From Balanoglossus misakiensis (Eukaryota > Animalia > Hemichordata), in contig CM082583.2 in NCBI GenBank assembly GCA_040954595.2, forward strand, positions 5,268,849 to 5,332,848: a stretch of DNA of 64,000 nucleotides, written 5' to 3'. Made by a program: the position numbers and the translations under genes. Positions within the stretch are counted from its first letter, which is position 1. The number at the start of each line of letters is the position of its first letter. The notes beneath the pieces are model-generated. The model made no database searches. It was not told the DNA's origin and was given only the letters and a program-made list of their open reading frames with translations. Of the stretch, positions 38,913 to 51,006 are shown piece by piece.

Positions 38913-40687
38913 ACTGGATGCAACGACACTCAACACGCAGAACTGCTTCCCCGATAAACCTTGTCCACAAAACCGGAAATCGATTTTGTCGTCCCATCTG
39001 ATTATCCAATATTTCTTATTTCTCGGTATTTTTTCAACAATTAAGAATTATCTATGTACTGAAATTGTCATTGTACTTAACAAGCTGGGGTCGCGTTGTT
39101 GGTGCATTGAAGAAGTAAGGAAAATGCTAACCTTCGTTTAGTTTCTGTTTTGTGGAAAAGGTTAGATGTAGCCTCGTTCCCCGGCGTTCTCGCTGATCGT
39201 CTGTCTATCTTGGGGACGAGGCTATAAACGCCTGACATATCATACAGTATTTCATATGCGGTTATGCTGTGAAACATTGTTTAATCGTAACCTGGTCGAG
39301 ATGGCCGTAGATTATCTTAGTTAATAGTCTGAAAGAGAGTTTCCAACAAGGGGCCGGTCTCTGTACTATGATGTCCGTCTTTGCAAGTACTATTTCCAGT
39401 GTTCAGGCCCACTCAAAAGTATAGTCTGGAGTTTATTCGTCTGCAATGTCTGATTAAAATCAACTGTATGCTGCTAATTAGTATTGGGGATCAGACGGAA
39501 TGGATGACGCAGTCTGGTTGCTTGACTCGTTCAGTTGCTCACGAAAATGGTCAGGTATGTGACATTCTAGCCGTGACTGTTTGTTGTAATTGGCCAAAGT
39601 ATCGAACGTTCTGATTTGTGAATACATTGTATATATTTTTATGTCGGAGATATCCAAAATTTAAACAATAAACATGAAGAATATACGTCAACAAAACAAA
39701 ACCTATCATCGAAATGTATAATAAATTGACATTATTTTCACTGTAGCTATCGTCTTGAATTTGACGTCACATAGCAACCGTCTTGCCAATAATGCCGCAT
39801 ACCTGGCCCTCTCCGTTAGCAGAGACAGGGGCCCTTCCTTTGACCAGGCGATGGAAAATATTGCTAGCGCCACTTAACGTGGAGAGACCGTGATTGTCAA
39901 AAGTAAAGCACATCACTAGTCCTGTAGGCAACGCACTTCTTCTTTGTTCTTTATAATTACACACGGTGGTGTCGTTTAGTTATGTATGAAGTATTATTTA
40001 ACAACACTTGTCCCTAAATGAGAACTTATATATTGCATTTGTCCGTAGATCATGTGTAAGCATGCCGGCAGTGCATTCTAAATAAATGTGCCATTAGTAG
40101 CTCTTGCTTATTTTACTCTCAGAGATGTTGAATTTTGCCATCATTTTATGTGTCATAGAAGTATCGTTTATCTCAATGATCTGAGAATTGGACTTGCCAC
40201 CATCGGTGTACATGCATCGTCTTTGTGTTTGCAACTTGATTTGCCGAGTTGTTTCTTGAGCAATCATTTACACAATTGTACAGACGTCAAGCGTCAAATC
40301 AGAGTATTTATTTTAACATATGTGTCACGGTTGCGTCGAAGTTCAATAAACATGTGCGTATGTTTTTCTCCCTTCAATTTGTCAGAATTATTTTGTTGCT
40401 CATCATATATTATACAAAGATCGCACGTGAAAACTCGTATACGCATGCGCGAAAGAGCCCCAGCTTCAATCTGGTCAACGAAAACATGTACGCATACGTA
40501 CGCATTCTGAAGGTGAACGACTCGGTTATAGGTTAAATTTCAGTCACGTGTTTAAATCAACGCGAGCTGACTCATCTTTAGTCGATTCCCTGGTTTGACG
40601 AGACCCTCGGAGTTCACCTGAAGGTTTAGGTCCTCGATAACCCGATTCACTTCTCCACATCGATCGACCACCGTCCATGACACGACG

Positions 40688-43600
40688 ATGGGGTTTTCCA
40701 TGTCCAGCGTAGTCGTGACGATAATTCTCGCCGTGGTGGTATCGCTCTACCTGCGCGAAGATCCCTACCATCCATTTGAGAGCAAAGGTCCCTATCTGAC
40801 GCCGATGTGGGGGGACTCGCACCGCCTGTCCACGGACCGAGGGTACGATCTCCACTTGTACGGTCTGCTCAAACCCGGAAATGGCTCGGCCAAGGTGAAC
40901 TTCTTGATCATTCACGGGACGTGCCACCACGCCGGCTGGTACGCCAGTTTTGCGCCGCTGTTGGCCGAGTCGGCCGAAGCCAACGTGTTTGGATTGGACC
41001 TGCACGGGCACGGTTTGAGTGGCGGGGTCAGAGGTGAGGATAGCTTTACAAAAGGCTCGGCAGTGTGCATACATGTTGAATTTTTTTCCACAGTGTCGCA
41101 GAAACTGGACCAGGTGCACCCTCAGTGACCTATACCCAGTGTTGGTAGGCTGATCAAAGTTTCAATGGAATTTCTGTGACACCTGGGCATAGGCCTACCA
41201 GTCCCTGATTGGAGCATCGACCCTGGAGAAATATTTATCCGGGGTCTATGGTTGAAGAGACTGTGCAGCTGCTAGCAACCCTTTTCATATAGCAATAGGC
41301 CTACTCATTGTTACTGATAAATCAACTCAATGCCACGCGTGTATGAAAAAACACATCCACTTCTGGACCACCTCCGTCACTCGGAACGGACACCAAAAAT
41401 TCCCGCACCATACGCCCCAGGTCTTAGTGTTTTGGTGAAGATATGATTTACAAAAAGGGCTTAAATATTAAGATTTACAAAAAAGGACGATTTCGGGTTC
41501 GTTTTTGAAGCAATCTTTTCAAGGGTAACCTGTCTAGACATCCAATGCATTTAGTAAGTAATGCAAATATACTGTATCGACAGACTTTGATCGATGTAAA
41601 AAAAAAACTCGCAACATCTCTTGTGCTTCGATTCTACACCAGCAGTTTTGGATTTCAAAAACCGGGCGGGTATGAATCCACGATAAAAAAAACAATATAG
41701 GCCTACTACAACATTGATCATAAACCCTGCCATCTAAGCCTACATGCGCATTTTCAGTTTGATTTGTTTCCCGTACAGACCTCAGTATAGACCCTGTCGC
41801 GGCTCCATCCAAGGTCAAATATAAGAATAAACGGTAGTCGCTTCTACTTTCTGTGAACCAAGTACAGTCCAGCGTGGAACGCGCAGCCGCCCAGAAAAAC
41901 GATTACCTGGACGACTGGCTACTTATCTAACCACAGACAAGTGATCTAACTCACTTAGCTGCGTTTGGTTCGTATCTACAGGTAGTTTTGATTTCAAGGA
42001 TTTCCTCCTGGACATTGATGATGCTGGGAGAACTATCCAGACAGAGACTGATGCAAAATTGCCCATTATTCTTCTTGGTAAGTATATCCAAAGCATGGAA
42101 AAGAAAGAAATATCCCCGCTTCCCAACTCTAACATCGTGTTTATATAAAAATCAAAAGACGCAATAGATGTTTATTTCATTTTTAAGACGATAGCTTCGA
42201 TATCCTTGTGCAATCTGAAAATATTCAACAGGTGGTTCTGTTTTCTGCTCCTTTCAATTTACGGGCGGGGACTTTTATTCGTAGAATTCGGAAGTTGGCG
42301 AATAAGAATTGAGAAGTATTATTATATGACTAATGAATCGGCCATCGCCTTTACCGTGAACAGGGTTCAGCATGGGAGGAGAGGTGGCCTTCCAGGCTCT
42401 TCAGACTAGCGACCGCTTCGCCGGCTGTGTCGCCATGAACATACTCCTGCCGTCAGAGGTCAACATGCGACCGATCGTCGGCTTCTTCAAGTCCCCCGTT
42501 GCCGCAGCGGTGGCCATGTTGGCCCAGGATTATTTAAAGGTATTTTGCCAGCAAAAAAATGTCGGTTGCAAATCAACTATCGCGACACAGGTCATTTAGG
42601 AAGATGCAGTGAATTTTACAGGCGTTGAATTTCAGTTGAAGTGTACGTCACTGTGAAAAAATCAAACGCTTTGTAAGTTAAGATCTCAACAATGCGATTA
42701 TCATCTGTAAGTCAAAAGTGTGAGCAGTTTCACGGATTCATTTTTTTAGTGAGATGAACTCAATTTTACCAATGTACGACATTGAAAAAGGCTGACAAAC
42801 CCGGTGAAGCCGCGCGTATAGTCGCAAACGCCCCCTTTAGGGCACTAGGGTGCTGCCCTTTCGTCTAGTAGCGGTTGGCCGATATGAAGAACGTACTCAA
42901 CACTGTTACATACAGAGCAGTACAGTACAGTACAGACAAGGACACTACAGACACCCTAACGTGTCGTTTGTATTCCTCTTACAGTTTCCCCTCAAAAAGG
43001 TGCTTGATTTGAAAGCCGTTACCAGTTACGAGAATAATCCGCTGCCATACGAACAGAGGGTGAGTTTAAATAGTGTCATTACGCCCCAATCCAACACACA
43101 CTGGTGAGTACCACGAGTTATCATCCAACCATGGCCGTGAGTTAGTGTCTGTCAGTTTTCATATCTACGTTTCATTCACCAGATGAGAAACCCGCTAATG
43201 GTTTGGGAGTATGGCTTCAAGAGCTACCGTACCGTGTGGACCTACAAGCCAGAGAACCCTCCATCGGCCAATCAGAAACCAGTGCTGATCACTTGTGGGG
43301 AAAAGGACACAGTAAGTCCAATCGGTCTCATTACTCTTCATTCGCAATATCCAGATTGCGTCATGCGCGCTTTGCCCATTTATTTTTACGATATTGTTCA
43401 ATTGTACGTCGTACCACTGCGTTTCGGAACCAGTACAAGTTGGCAAAGCGACTAAACTCGAATAATTAATGCACAGGCGTAACATGATTTGAACTATTTT
43501 GGGGGATACACGCACCGCGGTGTTTTCCAGCTAAACCTACCTTTCGGTCGTTTTGTGACGTCACAGGTGGTACCGGCGGCGCACTGCGAGCGGTGTCACG

Positions 43601-43761
43601 ACTTGGTGGGCGGACCGAAAGACCTGTACATCATCCCCGGGGTGGAGCACCAGCCGATAGTGAACGTCCCCGAACATTTTGCCGACACCATATCATCGTG
43701 GGTGACAACCAGGATACACGAGAAGGACCAGAAAACACAGTGGAAGCCGCCGAAGCTATAA
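40688..43761 (+). CDS. Alpha/beta hydrolase (monoacylglycerol lipase/lysophospholipase-like) with N-terminal hydrophobic anchor; 6 exons
   Basis: Exons 40688-41033, 41982-42077, 42364-42539, 42985-43059, 43183-43311, 43567-43761. Motifs IIHG, DLHGHGLSGG, nucleophile elbow GFSMGG (spans a splice junction), acid in GEKDTVV, His in GVEHQP. Confidence 0.87.
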
Positions 43762-44704
43762 CATTGCACGATAATAAAAAACGTGTACTCACAGATTTAT
43801 CTAGCCTATAGTGAAAAGACGAGCCAAAGTTTAATCAAGCTTACAAGCCAGCCTTAATTAATTAAGTAACTGCAGTCACAGGTCGTGTCATCCAAGCTTT
43901 TGTAATACTAGTTTCGAAGTATGGTGACACTTCCATGAAAAGAATGACAATAATCAACAGAGTGTACGTATACCAGTCCGTAGCTATGAGGTCAGAGCGC
44001 TGTCTCTGGAGGTCAGCTTTCATTGTAAGCAAATGTGAAATAAAGTTGACGGATCTGGTCTAATGCAAGTTGAATAACATCAGTGTAATAGTTCTGGATG
44101 TGTTTTGATTAATGAATATTAATCAACCAAAAGTTCGGATTGAGCAAGGAAATTCGAAAGAAAGTGACCCCGGCCGAAGGATGGGTTTCAGTTCAGTGTT
44201 CGAGGTTCGAAGTGATGTACATGTATTTGTGTCAAGGAATAAGTATATGTTTTTGGAACATTATGCCTACTAAGCCAGGTAACAACACTAACGTTTGGGG
44301 GTGAATTCTTTGTGTGATATTTCCATGATAATGAAGTAAGGCTTAATTGTCATCGTAGATAATAGTAGTCACCAAGCAATTGGTGCCCATATTCGTAACA
44401 CTGCCCTCTATCGACACGATCGAGCCACGGAGGTTGCCTAATTCAAGTCACTCAAAGTCTTTCCAAAGTGGCCTAATCTTCTCTCGAGTGCGCACAAAGA
44501 TTTTGCTGCCCCCAGATTTTAAATTTGTACATATAACACATATTTCCTGACAGAAGTGAATGTAGAGATATCGTTCTTCAATCACGTCACTTGCCAAGCT
44601 TCAGCATGTTTCAATTTCACCAAATACAACATGTACACGTGTGCAGCCACTGAAGATCGGGGCCAGATTAATAACCGGGTCGTCGTGCCCTATATACTAA
44701 CTAG

Positions 44705-44748
44705 TACATAAGGTTACGTATTCAAATACATAAGGTTACGTATTCAAA
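44705..44748. repeat. Perfect 22-bp tandem duplication
   Basis: TACATAAGGTTACGTATTCAAA twice. Confidence 0.9.
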
Positions 44749-46007
44749 TTCACACAAACAACCGGAGAATGATACGCGTGGTTTAACCACAAATTGCGGC
44801 ATTTTAGTCACGTCGAACCAACAGACTGCAACTATGAAAGCAGCTAAATTGTTCAGACGCAGTTTCGAGTCATTGTTCGAACTTTCTCAAACTGTGTTGC
44901 GGATGTACCGTGTCGTAGACCCATAATTGATGAAGTTCACGGCATGCGTGTCAATTTATCAGGCACGCTTGGCATACTAAGAAGTGTACCTTGAGAATGA
45001 AAATGCCGAAAGTATAGCCAACATACGTCCTTCTTCCCAAGATCGGATGATTGTGGACCTCAGGCTACAAAGCACGCATGGCGGATCTCAGTGGCAAGAC
45101 GCTTGGTTACAAATGTTACTCAATAAAACCCTTCGTCGTTTCTTCAAATAAATCAACCGCGAGTCCTATAACCTCCAATGGGGCATGGGGCCAGGAGGGA
45201 ATGAATAAGGGCAAGGTTGCTGAAAGAACCGCTTTCCACTTAAATTTCTAAGATATTTTCATCGTCTTCTGAGTAAAATCACATATTTCCACACAAAAAA
45301 CAAATAGCGTTATATACCAAATATTTCCCAGGCTGCGGCATCATATTATCGTTGACCACTCCTGTTCTGAAAGGATACACGCATGTATACCTATAATCGT
45401 CGTATATCTTAACGCCGACCTACTTGATTATACGCACCGAACGATGTCCCCGACACAGATCTCCCAATCGTAACTTCCGTCCGTGGCGCCAATTTATACC
45501 GTTAGATCTACCACGTGACAATATGGATACCGACGATCGTCGTGAATGTCACGTCATCACGTACATGACAATTGGCTTTGATGAAACTTTTGCCACGCCA
45601 GCGCAACTACCGTATTGTCGGTGGTAAATTCCGGTGTCGGTTAAGGCTAATCCTTAGCGTTCCATAATTAATACCGGTCTGAACAACTAGTATTTGTTTT
45701 TATATTAATCGGTATAGATATTGGATAGGAAAAAGGCACACCTCACTACACTGCTTCCGTTGGTAGACACAAATTGCAATATCTTGTCTGAGGAGACTCG
45801 AATGATTTATTTGTGAAGCGGGGGACAGATACGACTTGATTAGCGATGACAATAGTACATTTTATCGGCTGGAGTAGCAGTTTTTTGGTTTTTATCATAA
45901 TTCGACACTCTTTGAGTTCACACGACCTATACCGTTAGTGTATTTAACATTTTGTATCCGAATAAGTCATCTCATTCTGGTCTTGTCGGTCGAGGAGAGC
46001 ATCAAAC

Positions 46008-47962
46008 ATGTTGTTGGTTTTGCTGTTAGTTGTGGGCGCAACCGCCGGTAAGGGCAGCTTTTTTTTCCTATGGTCCAATCTACCATTATTTTGGCACATA
46101 TAAATTATAAGCGACATGATCAGATCCGAAGTTTTGTGGTCAGACAATTGCACGAGCATTTTCAGGATCATGTTGGGTGCATGCGCACTAACGAGTTGAC
46201 ATTGGCGAAAAATGGAGGTGGTTATATTTTTTCAACATCTTGAAGACGTGATATACTTGAGTCAAGCAGCCGTGGATGCTCTGACGTCATTCCACCCGTT
46301 GTTAATTTTCGCAGATTGCGGCAATCAGACCATCGCGCCTGTCTTCCCCAACATAAGAGTTGTCGGAGGGGTTGAAGCCGAGCCTCACAGCTGGCCTTGG
46401 ACGATCCAGTTGATGGGAAACAATGGCCACATTTGCGGCGGCACCCTCATTCACCCGCAGTGGGTTCTGACAGCGGCCCATTGCACTGAAGGACCTCAGA
46501 CGTAGTAAGTGTCACAGTCAATGCGTTATGTATGGGAGAGAGGGGACCGGGATAAAGGAAAAGGCACACTCGGAGAGGGGGGAGGGGGGAACTGTAAGCG
46601 ACAAAACTGTCGGCACATATGCGAGTTTATATCAAAATCCTCCACATAGTTTGATACATGTAGTCATTTTCTTCATTGTTTGTGTGTATATGTTTGTTTG
46701 TTTGTGTCAGTCAGTCAGTCAGTTTGTTTGTTTGTTTGTGTTCAATTGAAATTCTGTTGGTGTACGTGTGGTAAAACCATTCACGGTTGACACCGCTTGG
46801 ACCATCATAGCCGTTGTTACTGATGCCCCAGGCTGTGATACCACCAAAAAAAAAAAAAACAGGATTCAATTTTTTTCTTCAGTCGAGACTCCTTGAAAGT
46901 ATCCGTTGGGTCTCACAATCGGGACACCTTGGATCCGCAGGAACAGGAAATTACCATATTGGAGATCTTCGACCACCTGGACTACAACTCCTTCTCGTTG
47001 GACAACGACATCTCCATGCTGCAGTTGACCAAGAACGTTGTCTACAACGACCACGTTGACGAATGCTGTGTCGCTCCGCTGCACTACATGCCCGACACCG
47101 TCTGTTATAACGTCGGTTGGGGCGATACTCAAGGTAGGCTACGGCGGCGTTTAGTTTGTATGCAGAATACCAATACTTTGCCAAATTTCGATGCTACACC
47201 TGCTTGCGTTAAAGGTACAGGGCCACCTATGCAGACTTAGATAGAGTTGCCTCGAGGCCGCAGCTGCTGGCTGCGGTACATTTTGTAATATATGACGGGG
47301 AGTGACGTACGTGTATTCTCGCCTTTCGATTGTGCACACAGGCACAGGAAACCCACTTGTCCTGAACCAAGTTGATCTGCCGATCGTTTCAAACGCCGAC
47401 TGCAATCAGCTGGGATGGTACAATGGCCAGGTTACGGACAACATGGTCTGTGCTGGTTACACTGCAGGAGGCAAGGATTCTTGCTTTGTAAGTGTCTATT
47501 CAATATTTTGAAACTCTGTACATTTGGGTGTATTTCTCGGGAAATAGTGTAGGAAATATCACAAATATCAAAAATTTAATAGGCGTAAAGTGATTTGGTC
47601 TTTAAAATAACAACTTTTTTTATAATGCCCTATAGTGAACGCTTGTTCTGAGAGTAACATGTACATGTACGTTCGTTCACACAATGTGTGTGTGACTCTG
47701 TCTCTCTCTCAATATCCGTCTGCCTCTTTCTGACTGGCTCTGTGTGTCTGTCTCTCACTCTCTTCCCCCATCTTCCCAGGGTGACAGTGGAGGTCCCTTG
47801 ATGTGTTTGAACAGCGAAGGTGCTTGGGAAGTATTTGGCATCGTAAGCTGGGGAGCCGCAGACGAATGTGCCCAGCCAAACAAGCCGGGCGTTTACACCA
47901 GGGTTCCCAACTACGCCGCCTGGATCAACACTCTCATCGACCAAATGACCATTCCTCTATAA
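46008..47962 (+). CDS. Secreted trypsin-like S1 serine protease; 5 exons
   Basis: Exons 46008-46047 (signal peptide), 46315-46504, 46883-47133, 47342-47487, 47780-47962. Activation site R|VVGG; triad TAAHC, DNDISML, GDSGGP; Asp189 in GGKDSC indicates trypsin-type specificity; PGVYTRV. Confidence 0.93.
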
Positions 47963-49757
47963 AAACAAACTTTATTTCCAGATGGTTCGCTGATGTTGTA
48001 ATTTTCATAATTGTGAATAAACCATTCGTGAGTTCAATTATAAATTTTGTCCGGAACAGAGGGTTTTTTTACGATATCACATGGTAAAATGTGTCGTTGA
48101 AATCGAGTGTTCGCCAATTTTGGCCTTTAAACTATGCAATAACCATTAATTTTGACATTTGTCATTTAAAAAAGAGAGAGAGCATTGACACTAGTTGTAT
48201 GAACCGCGGGTGCGAGCTTGTTGTACAGTCCACTGACTGGGAACTCAGCTGTGTCACACACTCAAAGCTGCTGGAGTGGTCCCTATCTGAAGTATTGAGA
48301 CGTGTTGGCGACATCGGTTATCACTGTGTGAAAGAAGGCAGTGCAAACGAGTGCTGGTGACGTTTTTTCTGTAAATAGTTTGACATAAATGATGACGATC
48401 GAAGATAAGTACAAAAACTGCTGATTGCAATCATGATTAATCATAAAGTTTATACGGCGTTTTGGCCAATTTTCACAATTTTGAGACAACTTTGAATAAT
48501 CTCGTGCTGATACGAGTCACGGGCTGCGATGGAACGCCCTCGTGTTCGCAGCACTAGTGTTGCCGACAACATCGTCAGCCAAGCAGCGCCCGCTACAATC
48601 ATTGCAGCTGGCCATTGTGAAATGTGTTGATTGATCACCAAATTCTCTGTTTTCAACTAATACACGTGACATTCCCAGGTGAACTTGTTATACATGTACA
48701 TGTACTTTCTTTGTTATTCAAATTAGCTTAGGGCTTCTACCTCCCCCCAGCCCAAACACCTGAGCATCGGAAATCGTCTCTAATTTTCACACGCGATCTT
48801 TAAGGTACGGAGCCCCGAACAACATGATTTTCATTCTCTTGGGCTACGGGCTATCAATGATAGCGATGTAGATTTACAAATGGTATCTCCCTGCGATATG
48901 AAGTGAGTTTTTAATCGTGGAAAGGTCAGCAAAATCGAGTATATCTTACAGTTTGTGTGCGCATAGAATTCTCAAAAGCTATTGACATTGCAAATAATAT
49001 GTATGACCTTTAACCTTTGCGACTTCTAAATAGTCCAGCTCGTCTTTGAAGAGGACGAAGTCACGCTCACACTCGTGCGGTTGGCCTTCGGTAAACGACA
49101 AGGGGAAAATATCGTTGGACCAAGTCCGAAACTGTCGCCAAGCGAAGTCGACGCCCTTTACTGAAAGTTGACGACGCGACACCTTCTCTGGAAGTAACTA
49201 TTGACGGTGTGGTCGCGTTCCAGGTAAGGAGATTTGTTGCGTTGTTGTTTCTTCTGTCCGCATGCTCGACCGTGCGTGCGTGCTGAAGTCGGCTGTCAAC
49301 ACAGCACAGCGAAATAAGACTGAACCACGTGGGTGGTTTGTCCTTACAAGCACAACAGCCTACGTATTAATCTATAAAATAGTATCCTTTTCCTAAGGCA
49401 AATGGGACGCTGTGTACAGACAGTTTTCCCGTCAAGGTAGCTTGCTGGTCTGCGGGGATTCGGAACGGGGGGGAAAGGGTGGCCTTCGCAAGTCTTTTGT
49501 GATTTTTTACGGATCATGGCTTTCTATAAATAAGACTCAGTCGATCCCTGTGGTTGTTCTGCCCTGCCACTAGTTTAATACCTGACCACGGATCCCTTCG
49601 TGTGTGGAGTGACCATGGACGCATACTGCGTCGACCCCGGCGACTGCCCTCGTCAGTCGCAGAGAAAGGACCAGGCGATTAAAAAATTCTCATCGTGTTT
49701 CTGTCGGCCTTGGACCAAAAAAAATCGGCACCAAAGCACCATTGACTACTGTCAAAC

Positions 49758-49783
49758 CATAGACCCTAGAGAAAGGGTCTATG
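49758..49783. mobile_element. 26-bp palindromic micro-insertion with 7-bp TSD (P-element-like CAT...ATG ends)
   Basis: CATAGACCCT-AGAGAA-AGGGTCTATG flanked by GTCAAAC at 49751-49757 and 49784-49790. Confidence 0.7.
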
Positions 49784-51006
49784 GTCAAACTTAACTCCGA
49801 ACAAAGAAGTTGTCTTCGACTCGACCTACTTTATACGAGAAGCCCACCTGTTGACAGCTTCGTTGGTTTTGGTATAAACATGGACATAAAAAGTCCATGG
49901 TATAAAGTGACTGACCCAATTTTGCCTTGCCCGTCGCTTGGGCCTGTCGCTGTTGTTTTGTCGTTGTTTTAAACATAGACAGTTGTCTGTGTTTAAAAAC
50001 AACAGTGTGTATCCCAATTGGAAGTATCTCAAAGATTGGAAACCACATGACCATTACAAACAAATGGATTTTGTAGGCAACATTTTGAGGATTTTCACGT
50101 TAGCCAAAGCCTGACCTTATCAATCAATCAATCAAAGAATTATACATTCCAGAGGCAAATATCAAATAAACAAGTAGTGTATTACCCGTTTGTTTTGTGT
50201 GTGGTTTTTTTTTTGCTCGATGTTTATCTTTACGCCCAAAGACGTATGATTCCAACTTCTGTGCGGAATGTCTTGTAAGCTAATACATATGAACATTATA
50301 TTCTTGTATTGCTTACAAGCTAAACTTCGGTGTGCACTGTCAATTCAGCCTGTGTTAGTTAGCAATTGTCAGGGACGACTATCCTGAATTATTTCACTGT
50401 GAACACCACGCCCCTGGGCAGATAATCCTATAAGCAGTTTGTTCTGGAGTGCTGTCAACAGAGTGTTTTGTTTGAAAACAAAAATGTCACATGACGCGGG
50501 GTCACATGACCCAGTTTTACCGAACCATGTCCTTTTTGGAATGCATAGTAACGTACATTTTACGAACGAAACCTTCTTTTGCTTTTCGCAGACACATTCG
50601 TCGATATACGGCTTGTGTTTGAATACGAAATTCGGGGGTTAGTGAAATTAGTTGTACGCTAATCATCCATGTCAATCGTTCTTGTTGTTATTTGGTGGTG
50701 GTGGTAGTGGTGGTGGTGGTGGTGGTTTATTACTTTGTACCTCCATGCTAGTACATGTATTTCAAAGCAGACAGGACTGGGTCATCGTGCACATAAGGTA
50801 AAATAGAACACGTCTTTGTTTTGTCCAAAAGTACGGTCAGTCTCTTTGGGTATGTATCGTCATTTCACGTGTTCTCTCCCCCAGCCATTCCTGAAACAAT
50901 TCACACCATCATCTCCCTAAATCAATGCTTTTTCAGGTTGGAACCGACTAAGTGATGACATGATCCTAGTTGAAGATCTGTATTATGGAAGACGGTTCTC
51001 GACAAG

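Noticed and set aside
39169-39224. TAGCCTCGTTCCCC...GGGGACGAGGCTA, a possible fifth Academ mini element
   Set aside because: Only about 13 bp of imperfect inverted repeat and no TSD; may be a decayed copy but cannot be supported.
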